From assembly GCA_039920385.1 (NCBI GenBank), contig JBDSDR010000013.1, forward strand, positions 1 to 57,779: 57,779 bases of DNA. The letters run 5' to 3'. Position 1 is the stretch's first letter. Every line of letters begins with the position of its first letter. Both the position numbers and the translations under genes were made by a program. Below are positions 17,289-25,959 of the stretch, one piece after another. The stretch comes from Candidatus Saccharimonadales bacterium (GTDB lineage: Bacteria; Patescibacteriota; Saccharimonadia; Saccharimonadales; JAUPVS01). The notes below the pieces were generated by a model, which ran no database searches, had not been told where the DNA came from, and saw nothing but the letters and a program-made list of their open reading frames with translations.

Positions 17289-17779
17289 GCAAACTCCACG
17301 ATAAAGTCCAAAAAACTCTCAATCAGTACGACTTAGATTACAAGGTAATCGATTGCGACCCCGACCTAGCCGATACGGCTGCCTTCTGTGAAAAGTATAA
17401 CTTTAAGCCCGAGCAGTGCGCTAATACGATTCTTGTCGTCTCTAAAAAAGTTGAACCGGCACAATACGCTGTTTGCGTTGTCTTGGCCAATGCTCGACTA
17501 GACGTTAACAAAGCCGTTTGCAAAGCCATGGGCGTTAAACGGGCTTCGTTTGCCAGTGCCGACCAAACAGTAGCCCAAACCGATATGATGATCGGTGGGG
17601 TAGTAGCAATCGGCGTCCTAACTCACCCCATATTGGTTGATGCCGCTGTTATGCAGCAAACCGAAATTGTGATGGGTGGTGGTAACCGGAGCAGTAAACT
17701 ACTGCTGAATCCACAAGAATTATTAAAGTTACCGAATCTAAAAGTTGTCGAAGGCTTAGCAAAGCTTAAAGACAACTAA
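17285..17779 (+). CDS. YbaK/ProX-type aminoacyl-tRNA trans-editing deacylase domain protein
   Basis: 164 aa. TILVVSKK...YAVCVVLANARLDVNKAV...MIGGVVAIG fits the YbaK/EbsC fold pattern. Confidence 0.65.
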   Translation: MSKLHDKVQKTLNQYDLDYKVIDCDPDLADTAAFCEKYNFKPEQCANTILVVSKKVEPAQYAVCVVLANARLDVNKAVCKAMGVKRASFASADQTVAQTDMMIGGVVAIGVLTHPILVDAAVMQQTEIVMGGGNRSSKLLLNPQELLKLPNLKVVEGLAKLKDN

Positions 17780-17799
17780 CAAATCGCCCTACCACTAAC

Positions 17800-17828
17800 T
17801 AGACAAAATATCCAAAATATGTTACAAT
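17800..17828 (+). promoter_or_regulatory. sigma70-type promoter TAGACA-17-(TGt)TACAAT, 7 nt from ATG 17836 (leaderless candidate)
   Basis: Hexamers and spacing read directly from the sequence. Confidence 0.5.
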
Positions 17829-17835
17829 CGGGCAT

Positions 17836-18411
17836 ATGACTGAATTTTTGGAAGAATTTAAACAACAAGTTTCGCAAGCTACGCTTGATATCGAACAGGC
17901 TCGTGCTCAAGAGCAACTAGACGCTGTCGAAGCGGCCGAACGGTCCGCTAAACTACAGAAAGTCCTAGCGGTTAAAGATTTTGTGGTGGCTACCTTAAAA
18001 ACCCAACAACAGCCGTTTGACAGAATGTTGAGTACACTTAATGATGAAGAACAACCAGTTGTCCAAGGCTTTGCTTGGGGCTGGTACGCTGGCGAAAGTC
18101 GTACCAATCAGCCGGTTAAGTATGGTGAAGGTGGTATTGTCACACAACCTGCCCGAACAATTGCTTCTGGTGATTTACTCGGCTCCGATGGCAGCATTCT
18201 TTACTACACCGGTCAGCCGCAGGGGCCAAATGATTGGGATATTCTTATCGAAAGCCGCAGTTCGGCCGTACCGGTCGCTTCTGAGCAGTACATTTTGGAT
18301 CAATTCTTACCGCACTTAGCCGAAATTGTCGCTCGTCGCCAGATTGTTATACCAGACGACTTACCCCTCGCCCCAGATCCGGCCTCTCAACCTCTTAATA
18401 TCATCTGTTAG
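17836..18411 (+). CDS. hypothetical protein
   Basis: 191-aa ORF with an N-terminal coiled coil. Preceded by a TAGACA-17-TACAAT promoter ending 7 nt before the ATG. Confidence 0.5.
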   Translation: MTEFLEEFKQQVSQATLDIEQARAQEQLDAVEAAERSAKLQKVLAVKDFVVATLKTQQQPFDRMLSTLNDEEQPVVQGFAWGWYAGESRTNQPVKYGEGGIVTQPARTIASGDLLGSDGSILYYTGQPQGPNDWDILIESRSSAVPVASEQYILDQFLPHLAEIVARRQIVIPDDLPLAPDPASQPLNIIC

Positions 18412-19332
18412 TTAGGCTTCTAGGTTGCGAAATTCGTAAAAGGCCGCGAAACGGGCTGGATCACGTTCTAATAAAGCTTTGCGAATAACATGAGCCGACA
18501 TAGCAGCCCGTTGGTTGTCTTCTAGCCAAGCCAGGGTGGCTTCGAGGTCACCGACTAGGGCACCGTTGGTGTCGTTGGCGTCGACCAAATCAATTGGCAA
18601 ATCTGGTTCTTCGCTGATAAGTTGGATTAAACGGTTCCAAGTTTGACCATAGCCGCTACCTTTGTATTTTTTGAAATCAGCTTTGCTGATGGTTTCGATA
18701 ACCGGTGGCAAGGCTTGGCGGTTTTCACGGATAGTCCGGTCGTAGGCTAGCTCTAGGCTGCGCAAGGCGACAGCTTCGGCGACCTCACGGTTATTGTGGG
18801 CTTCTAGGCCACTAACGCTAAAGATCAAGTCACCAACCAAAATTGCGCCAGGCTGGTTAAGCACACGAAAATCTGGCGTCAGTCTAAAATAATGCTCGTC
18901 TAAGCTAGTTAAAACTTCGTCTTCGCAGTCGCCCGATGCTACACCAGTATTGTTGGTAATTAAGGCTTTGATGGCGGCTTCCCGAAAGTGAATATCTTCA
19001 ATTTCGTTATCTTGATTCCAGCTAGGTACATCAACCCGCTCGATGGCTAAAGCCTTTTGCTCGACATCCAGCCTGAAGCCAAATGGCTCATTGGTTGTCT
19101 CAAAAGCGGCAGCTTCTAAATCTTCCCAGTCTATTACTAGCAAGGCAAAGCCAGGCCGAATTTCGCGACCATCTTGGTAACGTTCGGCTACTACTGGGGC
19201 AATTTCGGTGACGGCCAAGGCGACGTCTTGGCTTTGAACTAAGGGAACGCGTTGTTCTAAACTAAGCTCCACAACTTGGTGTCGTTCGTGGGCCGTCAGG
19301 GCGCTTAAATCAGCCATTTCATGCGTTTTCAT
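18412..19332 (-). CDS. hypothetical protein
   Basis: 306-aa acidic ORF. Its stop codon directly abuts the stop of the convergent gene (TAG 18409-18411 / TTA 18412-18414). Confidence 0.5.
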   Translation of the reverse strand: MKTHEMADLSALTAHERHQVVELSLEQRVPLVQSQDVALAVTEIAPVVAERYQDGREIRPGFALLVIDWEDLEAAAFETTNEPFGFRLDVEQKALAIERVDVPSWNQDNEIEDIHFREAAIKALITNNTGVASGDCEDEVLTSLDEHYFRLTPDFRVLNQPGAILVGDLIFSVSGLEAHNNREVAEAVALRSLELAYDRTIRENRQALPPVIETISKADFKKYKGSGYGQTWNRLIQLISEEPDLPIDLVDANDTNGALVGDLEATLAWLEDNQRAAMSAHVIRKALLERDPARFAAFYEFRNLEA

Positions 19333-19372
19333 ATGGGGTACAGTAACATATTAGCGACTAATTAGCAAAAAT

Positions 19373-19774
19373 CTAGAAGGCTTCGACGGCAAATCGAACG
19401 GCGATTAACCCGGCCTGTTGTAGCTTATCGGCACCAATGTAAAGATCTTTGTAAACTTCGGCGCTATCGGCCAAAATAGCTTCGTCAAGAGGCTCCGAAC
19501 CATCAAGATGATCGGTAAAGACGTACCACTCGCTAACGGCCGATTGGCCATGATGCTCCACGTAATAGGGCAAACTACGGTTCATTACGGTTTTTAAGGC
19601 GTCCTGAATCGTAACTGAGCTGTGGTTAAACTCACGGTCATTATTTAGGCGTTGGTAGCCAATAACAGGGCGCCAACCTTGCAAATACCAGTTTTCGTCA
19701 AAAACCGGCACATCTTTTGAGTAATCAAATCGTGCCAATCGCTCCGTTTGGGACAGTTGTTCGGGACCGGTCAT
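19373..19774 (-). CDS. hypothetical protein
   Basis: 133-aa ORF, no domain recognised. Confidence 0.45.
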   Translation of the reverse strand: MTGPEQLSQTERLARFDYSKDVPVFDENWYLQGWRPVIGYQRLNNDREFNHSSVTIQDALKTVMNRSLPYYVEHHGQSAVSEWYVFTDHLDGSEPLDEAILADSAEVYKDLYIGADKLQQAGLIAVRFAVEAF

Positions 19775-19792
19775 AATACTAGTATTTTACAA

Positions 19793-20314
19793 CTAAACAG
19801 CAGTTTTGTCAATAGAGGTGGCTTGGCGGTATTCACGCAAAGCTTCCAATCTAGCAAAGTCCGGTGAAAAAATTTCCTCCAGCTTAAGCATAGTTAAGCC
19901 AACTGATTGGATTTGTTCAGCTGTTTCGGTGGCTTCTAAGGCGGCTAGATTAATTTGGTCGCTATCGATAAACTCTACGCACAGCAAGCCATAGCTCCAT
20001 TTGGCCATTACCAGCTTGGGGTGTTGGTTGGCTCGCCAGTCAGTTTTCTGGAGTCGGGCAAGCAAAAGCGGTAGCTGACCTTGGTGGTTGGCCCAGCCAT
20101 GCCAAAAAAAGGCCACATTGTCCTGGTCGTTAAGGGCTACTTGGGGGTAGTAAGGCCGTTCAAAACCTAAGGCGGCTAATCTTTCTTGGTCACCATTACT
20201 CTTTAATATCTGCGACAGGCTGGCACCGTCATAATGTTCGGCAATTTCGTCAATAGCTTGTCTTTGGTCACGACCAGCTTGGTTCTCGGCTTGCAGTTCA
20301 CTAAATAAACCCAT
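19793..20314 (-). CDS. hypothetical protein
   Basis: 173-aa ORF, no domain recognised. Confidence 0.45.
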   Translation of the reverse strand: MGLFSELQAENQAGRDQRQAIDEIAEHYDGASLSQILKSNGDQERLAALGFERPYYPQVALNDQDNVAFFWHGWANHQGQLPLLLARLQKTDWRANQHPKLVMAKWSYGLLCVEFIDSDQINLAALEATETAEQIQSVGLTMLKLEEIFSPDFARLEALREYRQATSIDKTAV

Positions 20315-20374
20315 AATTACTCAATTTAGTCCAACTAGCCTTACTTATGCAAGCTTAAGCTGTACAATAAAAAC

Positions 20375-22174
20375 ATGAAGAAATTTTTGGTTGGCTTATT
20401 ATTGGCACTTTTTTGTCTAATTCCGTTAGGGACAGCCCGGGCTCAAACTGCCCAGAACTTTAAAATAACTTCGTTTAGCGCTGATTACTATGTAGGCCGA
20501 ACATCGGAACGTGTGCCAACCCTCAAGGTCGAAGAAACCATTGTGGCGCAGTTTCCTAATTATAACCAAAATCATGGTATCGAACGAGCTATACCTCTAG
20601 AGTACAAAGACCAACCGATCGACCTGCAGATTCAAAATATTACTGGTCCAGACGGTTCACCAATTAGTTACACCACGCGCAAGAGCAATGGCAATTTGGT
20701 GGTGAGAATTGGTGATGCCGACAAGTATGTCCGTGGCGAACAAACTTACAAACTCATCTATAGTTTAAAAAATCAGATCAGTTTTTATGATAATCACCAA
20801 GAGTTTTATTGGGATGTTAACGGTACCGCTTGGCAACAGAATTTTGGTTCGGTAATTGCCCGCATTCATATTCCGCGCCAAATTGCCGACCAACTGCAAG
20901 ACAACCAACTTTGCTATTCGGGCCTGGCTGGCAGCAAGAGCCAAGCTTGCAATATTGTCCGTAGTACCGCCAATAATGAAGAAACCCAAATCGTTGTCAG
21001 TGCCCGCAACCTGTCGGCTGGCGAAAACTTATCGTTTGTAATCGGCTTTAATTCGGGAACTTTTGCGGTCGACAAAGCAGCTGCTAAAGCTCGCCAAATC
21101 CGTGTTCTGTCGGCTGTTAGCCTAGCAGTTGCCTTACCGCTGATGACATTAATTTGGCTAGTTACTAAGTGGCGTAAATTTGGACGCGACCCAAGTGGTC
21201 GTGGAACAATTGTCCCCGAGTATACTCCACCCAAAGACCTAAGCCCGCTAGAGTGCGATGTCTTACTGCGTGAATCTTTTCACTCTAGTGCCGTTTCGGC
21301 CTTAATTATTGATATGGCGATCCGTAAAATACTTTTGATTAGGGCGGTTGAATCCAAAAAGCTAATTGGCAGTAAGACCGAATATAGTATCGAAGCTCTC
21401 AAGCAACCCGACAGTCTAACGGCCGAAGAAAAAACCGTCTACTCAATGATTTTTGGTAGCCTAACGGTTGCCGAGGCCAAAACTGTTAACCTCAAAGATG
21501 TTAGCAAGAAGGCCTACATGAGCATACGCTTACTAGCCACTGATGTACCGCAACGCCTAACCAACCGCGGGTATTTTGTCAAAAACCCAGTTAAAACTGC
21601 TCGAGCCTATTATGGCCTAGGTGGAGCGCTGTTGACGGCCGGTTTTGCCGGTAGTTTTATTGCTGGGCGGTTTTCGATAGTTTTGCTCGGCCTTACGATT
21701 GGTCTGGCACTGAGTGGCATTATTACATTGGCTATGGCTAAACTAATGCCGGCCCGTAGCCTCCAAGGCGTTACGGCTCGAGATTATTTACTTGGCCTAA
21801 AAATGTACATCGCTTTGGCAGAGGCCGACCGCCTGAAGTACTTACAAAGCCCGGCAGGCGTCAAGCAATGGGGTGACACGACCAAACCGGAGAATATGGT
21901 TAAACTGTTCGAAAAGCTGCTACCTTATGCGATGATTTTTGGTCTCGAAAAAGAATGGGCCAAAGAATTTAAGGACATCTATACCCAGCCGCCTGATTGG
22001 TATCAGGGTAATATGAATAACTTTAATACCGTGTTTTTGGTTAGCTCCCTCAATTCGTTTGGAAGTGTCGCTAGTACTAGCTTTGCGCCACCGTCTAGCT
22101 CCAGCTCTAGCGGTTTTGGCGGCGGCGGGTTTTCGGGTGGCGGCGGTGGTGGCGGCGGTGGTGGCGGCTGGTAA
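20375..22174 (+). CDS. DUF2207-like membrane protein with a Ser/Gly-rich C-terminal tail
   Basis: 599 aa. Signal peptide (LIPLGTARA), large extracytoplasmic N-domain, several TM helices, and the tail SSSSSGFGGGGFSGGGGGGGGGGGW typical of DUF2207 proteins. Confidence 0.65.
   Translation: MKKFLVGLLLALFCLIPLGTARAQTAQNFKITSFSADYYVGRTSERVPTLKVEETIVAQFPNYNQNHGIERAIPLEYKDQPIDLQIQNITGPDGSPISYTTRKSNGNLVVRIGDADKYVRGEQTYKLIYSLKNQISFYDNHQEFYWDVNGTAWQQNFGSVIARIHIPRQIADQLQDNQLCYSGLAGSKSQACNIVRSTANNEETQIVVSARNLSAGENLSFVIGFNSGTFAVDKAAAKARQIRVLSAVSLAVALPLMTLIWLVTKWRKFGRDPSGRGTIVPEYTPPKDLSPLECDVLLRESFHSSAVSALIIDMAIRKILLIRAVESKKLIGSKTEYSIEALKQPDSLTAEEKTVYSMIFGSLTVAEAKTVNLKDVSKKAYMSIRLLATDVPQRLTNRGYFVKNPVKTARAYYGLGGALLTAGFAGSFIAGRFSIVLLGLTIGLALSGIITLAMAKLMPARSLQGVTARDYLLGLKMYIALAEADRLKYLQSPAGVKQWGDTTKPENMVKLFEKLLPYAMIFGLEKEWAKEFKDIYTQPPDWYQGNMNNFNTVFLVSSLNSFGSVASTSFAPPSSSSSSGFGGGGFSGGGGGGGGGGGW
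22136..22168 (+). repeat. GGY codon microsatellite encoding an 11-Gly run at the end of the DUF2207 gene
   Basis: ggt ggc ggc ggt ggt ggc ggc ggt ggt ggc ggc read directly from the sequence. The 12-nt unit ggtggtggcggc appears twice. Confidence 0.9.
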
Positions 22175-22222
22175 GACCACGACATTTTTGTTACCCTAGT
22201 AAGACATAAACGGAAAGATTAT

Positions 22223-22912
22223 ATGCCAGAAGTAATTGCCGCCAAGAACATTGTAAAAACCTACGGAAAGGGCGACAGCGCCTTCTCGGCCTTAAAAGGC
22301 GTTGACTTATCGATTAACGAAGGCGAAGTTGTTGCCGTAATCGGTAAAAGTGGTTCCGGTAAGTCGACTCTTATGCACTTATTGGCCTTGCTGGACACGC
22401 CAACCAGCGGCTCAGTCGTCTTAAATGGCACCAATGCCTCCGAATTAAAGCGTAAAAAAGTCGACAAACTGCGTAACCAAGAATTTGGCTTTGTTTTCCA
22501 ACAGTTCTTTTTAAACGGTGACGAATCGGTACTAAACAACGTTATTTTGCCACTAAAGATTGCTGGTTTATCGGCCCGAACGCGCAAAAAACGCGGCCTG
22601 GAAGTCTTAAAAGCCGTCGAACTCGACGACAAAGCTAACAGTAAAGCCGCCAACTTGAGTGGTGGCCAAAAACAACGGGTTTGTATTGCCCGCGCCCTAA
22701 TTAATGACCCCAAAATTATTTTTGCTGACGAGCCAACCGGTAACCTCGACTCAGCCACTGGCAAAAAGATCGAAGATTTGTTATTTTCGTTAAACAAGAA
22801 AAAGGGGATTACCCTGATTTTTGTTACTCATGACCAAGATCTGGCCAAGCGTTGCCAACGTGAGGTACACATTAAAGACGGCCAGATTATCAGTGGAGGC
22901 AAATCCAAATGA
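22223..22912 (+). CDS. ABC transporter ATP-binding protein (MacB/LolD-like)
   Basis: Walker [10 protein letters not shown], signature LSGGQKQR, Walker B IIFADEPT. Confidence 0.9.
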   Translation: MPEVIAAKNIVKTYGKGDSAFSALKGVDLSINEGEVVAVIGKSGSGKSTLMHLLALLDTPTSGSVVLNGTNASELKRKKVDKLRNQEFGFVFQQFFLNGDESVLNNVILPLKIAGLSARTRKKRGLEVLKAVELDDKANSKAANLSGGQKQRVCIARALINDPKIIFADEPTGNLDSATGKKIEDLLFSLNKKKGITLIFVTHDQDLAKRCQREVHIKDGQIISGGKSK

Positions 22913-24201
22913 AATACTTCGATATAGTCCGAACGGCTAACTCCAACCTTCGTAAGAGCAAGCTACGGACCTTTTTAACAATTACAGCGGTAGTTATCGG
23001 TGCTTTTACATTGACTATGACCAACGGTGTTGGCGATGGCATTAAAAGCTATGTAAATGTTCAGCTGGGAAATGTCGGTGCGGCTGACAGTTTATTTGTA
23101 ACCGCCCGTGGTCAAGATGATGCCGCCAAAGACGCTAACAATGGTTTAACCGAATACAACCCCGATCGACAAGTTGTTACCGAAGTTGTTAATGGGCCCC
23201 CAGGTTCACTCTATATGAACGAAAAAGATGTTGCCAAAATGGACTCAATCGAGGGTGTTACCGAAGTTGTTCGGACCTACGGCGTCAAACCGGATTACAT
23301 GACAACTGGTGGTAAAAAGTTCCAGACAACCATCTCACAACAAGTCGAAGGCTTTAATATTGACCTCGAAGCTGGCCGATTAGTAAATGTCGACTCAAAA
23401 GACGAGGTCACCATACCGGTTAGCTATTTGCAGCCACTTAATTTAGGGTCAGACTCTAACGCTGCACTCGGTAAAAAGATCACCTTTAGTTTTACCGACG
23501 CGCTTGGTAACAGCTTTGAAAAAACCGCCACAGTAGTCGGTGTACAACGGCCGACCTTGATTGGTAGTGATGGAGTCTCGGTATCGCCAAGTTGGATTAA
23601 AGCAGCCTACGACCAACAGACTGGTATATTGGGCAACCCTACCCAGTACGTCTACTTGATAGCCAGATTTAACATTAATGCTAGTGAAGCCGAGCAAACC
23701 GCTATAAAAGACCGGTTTAAGAATGCTGGCTACGATGCTAAAACCATCCAGGATCAAATTGGTGTCGTTAATCAAATTTTGAGCGCCGTTACTACGGCCC
23801 TGAATATATTTGGCGCAATTGCTCTGTTGGCTGCCAGCTTCGGTATTATCAATACCTTATTTATGGCCGTTCAAGAGCGGACTCGCGAAATCGGTTTAAT
23901 GAAAGCCCTCGGCATGGGCCGTAACAAAATTTTCCTACTATTTAGCCTCGAAGCCATCTTGATTGGTTTGTGGGGGAGTTTAATCGGTATCGCATTAGCC
24001 AATATTGCCGGACGGGTAGTTAATAACATCGCCGCTAAAACCTTCTTAAAGAGCTTTGACGGCTTTGACCTACTAGCCTTCCCATTACGATCAATGATTG
24101 GTGTAGTAGTGATTATCGTGGTGATCGCCTTTTTGGCTGGCACCTTACCGGCTCGCCGGGCTAGCAAAAAAGATCCAATCGAAGCTTTGCGCTATGAATA
24201 A
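22909..24201 (+). CDS. ABC transporter permease, FtsX/MacB-type
   Basis: 430 aa. N-terminal TM, large periplasmic domain, C-terminal FtsX-like 3-TM block (REIGLMKALGMGRNKI). ATGA overlap with the ATPase gene. Confidence 0.8.
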   Translation: MKYFDIVRTANSNLRKSKLRTFLTITAVVIGAFTLTMTNGVGDGIKSYVNVQLGNVGAADSLFVTARGQDDAAKDANNGLTEYNPDRQVVTEVVNGPPGSLYMNEKDVAKMDSIEGVTEVVRTYGVKPDYMTTGGKKFQTTISQQVEGFNIDLEAGRLVNVDSKDEVTIPVSYLQPLNLGSDSNAALGKKITFSFTDALGNSFEKTATVVGVQRPTLIGSDGVSVSPSWIKAAYDQQTGILGNPTQYVYLIARFNINASEAEQTAIKDRFKNAGYDAKTIQDQIGVVNQILSAVTTALNIFGAIALLAASFGIINTLFMAVQERTREIGLMKALGMGRNKIFLLFSLEAILIGLWGSLIGIALANIAGRVVNNIAAKTFLKSFDGFDLLAFPLRSMIGVVVIIVVIAFLAGTLPARRASKKDPIEALRYE

Positions 24202-24727
24202 GGATGTCGTTAAGTTAGCCAAAGCCCACTTTGGTTTGGTAGCGGCCTACGCCATCTTTATATTGGCCAGTGATGCTTGGGGTTTAGTGACTCGCCAGCT
24301 AACTTCGGAGCGCTGGTTAATGTTTGGTGTCTTGCTAGTTGTGACGACTGTGGTTTGGTTACTAGCCCGCGGTAATATTAAAAATCCTCGTTATTATCAG
24401 GCTTTGGTCGTGGTGCTAGTTCTGGCCGATATTGGCTTGGCGACGTTCGCTGTTTATACAGAGCGTGGCATGGCCAGCCGCGGTGTCGCTTTGTATGCTA
24501 TACCAATTGTCGCCTCGGCTGTGTTATTGAGCCGAACGGCTATCTTTGGTACCGCCGCACTGTGTACGGCGGCCTATATAATGACGGCTACTCGCTACTT
24601 TTATATTTACTTTAATGAAGGTTACAAGATCGAGCTATATAGTACGATTGGTCTGTACTCAGCTGGCTTCTTTATTTTAGCGACCATGCTTTGGATAAGT
24701 GTTTCGGCGGCTTCCCGAAAACACTAG
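24194..24727 (+). CDS. hypothetical polytopic membrane protein
   Basis: 177 aa with about 5 hydrophobic helices. 8-nt overlap with the permease gene. Confidence 0.5.
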   Translation: MNKDVVKLAKAHFGLVAAYAIFILASDAWGLVTRQLTSERWLMFGVLLVVTTVVWLLARGNIKNPRYYQALVVVLVLADIGLATFAVYTERGMASRGVALYAIPIVASAVLLSRTAIFGTAALCTAAYIMTATRYFYIYFNEGYKIELYSTIGLYSAGFFILATMLWISVSAASRKH

Positions 24728-24728
24728 T

Positions 24729-25289
24729 TTACTTTGACTGGACTACTGTATAGGCAATGATTGTGCTGTCGTTGTCGGTTTGTTGGAAGAAGATGTTAAC
24801 AGTCAGATTATCTTTAGTGGCCGAGAATTTACCGCTATTGTTTTCGAGCGTGTATTTGAATTGACCCCAACCAGCCTCTGTAAAATCATCTTCAATACTT
24901 CGCTTAACTTCAACGAAATTGTCTTTTGTTGTAACAACCGCTTCCCAGCCGGTTTTATTATCGAAGTCGAGTTTACCGCTGCTAAGTAATGTATCTGGGT
25001 AGACCGGTACACTAATCGGGAAGTCCTTAGCTAGTTGCTGATTATTGCCGGCTGATAACTGGTTGCCGTTTTTGTCAATAACCTCAAAACCGTTACTGTC
25101 GGCAGTAAACCGAACATCGTTAGTTCGAATAACTGCCCCTAAAATAATTCCCAATATAGTCAGGACAATTATCGGCAGAACCACGAATACAAAAAAGGCT
25201 AAACCCGAAAGTATTATGATAACTTTCTTATCGGTCTCGGTCATACCGGTAATGGGCTTTTTTGATTCAGGCATAGATCCTCTCGTCAT
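24729..25289 (-). CDS. hypothetical membrane-anchored protein (paralog of 25289..25882)
   Basis: 186 aa. N-terminal TM followed by an extracytoplasmic domain. Shares DKNGNxxSAG...DFPxxVPxY...GK...W...V with its neighbour. Confidence 0.55.
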   Translation of the reverse strand: MTRGSMPESKKPITGMTETDKKVIIILSGLAFFVFVVLPIIVLTILGIILGAVIRTNDVRFTADSNGFEVIDKNGNQLSAGNNQQLAKDFPISVPVYPDTLLSSGKLDFDNKTGWEAVVTTKDNFVEVKRSIEDDFTEAGWGQFKYTLENNSGKFSATKDNLTVNIFFQQTDNDSTIIAYTVVQSK

Positions 25290-25882
25290 TATTCTGTTAA
25301 GCCGTTGGCCACGGTGTAAACAATAACTGTTTTACCGTCTTTGCTGGCGTAGTAGGCGCTAACTTGCATGTCATTTTTCTTGGCCGCCAACAGACCACTG
25401 CCCTCGCCGGAGTTATTGATGCTGGCTTCCCAGCCGTCGCTGGTATAGCTTTGAGTCATGGCATCATGTACCTGTGCGCTGCTGTCACTAGTACTGATGC
25501 TAACTGACCAGACGGTTTTGCCGTCGGAGTTAACTTTACCGGTAGTTACAATGTCGCCTTTGTAAAGTGGCACGCCACTAGGGAAGTCGCTTGGCAAAGT
25601 TTGGGAGCCGCCGGCACTAAACTCGTTACCATTTTTGTCGCTAACACTAACGCTACTGTCGCCGGAGTTAACTTTGACATTGTTATCTTTGAGGCTTTTG
25701 CCAATGAAGACACCGCCAACGGCTAGGCCAATTAACGGTAGAACAATAAAAACCGCCACTACAACGCCAACGATTATTAAGGCCGTTTTGTGTGATGAGC
25801 TAGTCGAAGCGACGGCTGGTGCTGGTGGCGTCGGGGTTTCTGGGGTGGTTGGTTTTGGGGTGGGTGTTTTTGCTGTGGCCAT
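25289..25882 (-). CDS. hypothetical membrane-anchored protein (paralog of 24729..25289), Pro/Thr-rich N-terminus
   Basis: 197 aa. Strong SD (TAAGGAG, + strand 25888-25893) 5 nt before the ATG. TAATG overlap with the downstream paralog. Confidence 0.55.
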   Translation of the reverse strand: MATAKTPTPKPTTPETPTPPAPAVASTSSSHKTALIIVGVVVAVFIVLPLIGLAVGGVFIGKSLKDNNVKVNSGDSSVSVSDKNGNEFSAGGSQTLPSDFPSGVPLYKGDIVTTGKVNSDGKTVWSVSISTSDSSAQVHDAMTQSYTSDGWEASINNSGEGSGLLAAKKNDMQVSAYYASKDGKTVIVYTVANGLTE

Positions 25883-25921
25883 GGAAGCTCCTTAATTATT
25901 ACGCTTATCATACTCCCCCTA

Positions 25922-25951
25922 TTGAGAATCTTCCAGCCCAACCTGTATACT
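25922..25951 (+). promoter_or_regulatory. TTGAGA-18-TATACT promoter, 8 nt before ATG 25960
   Basis: Read directly from the sequence. Confidence 0.4.
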
Positions 25952-25959
25952 GGTAAATA

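Noticed and set aside
22099-22171. The Ser/Gly-coding GGY/AGC repeat tract, considered as a possible CRISPR-like or phase-variation repeat.
   Set aside because: It is an in-frame codon microsatellite encoding the Gly/Ser tail common to DUF2207 proteins. There are no spacers or repeat-unit architecture. Length variation would stay in frame, so it is not an on/off switch.
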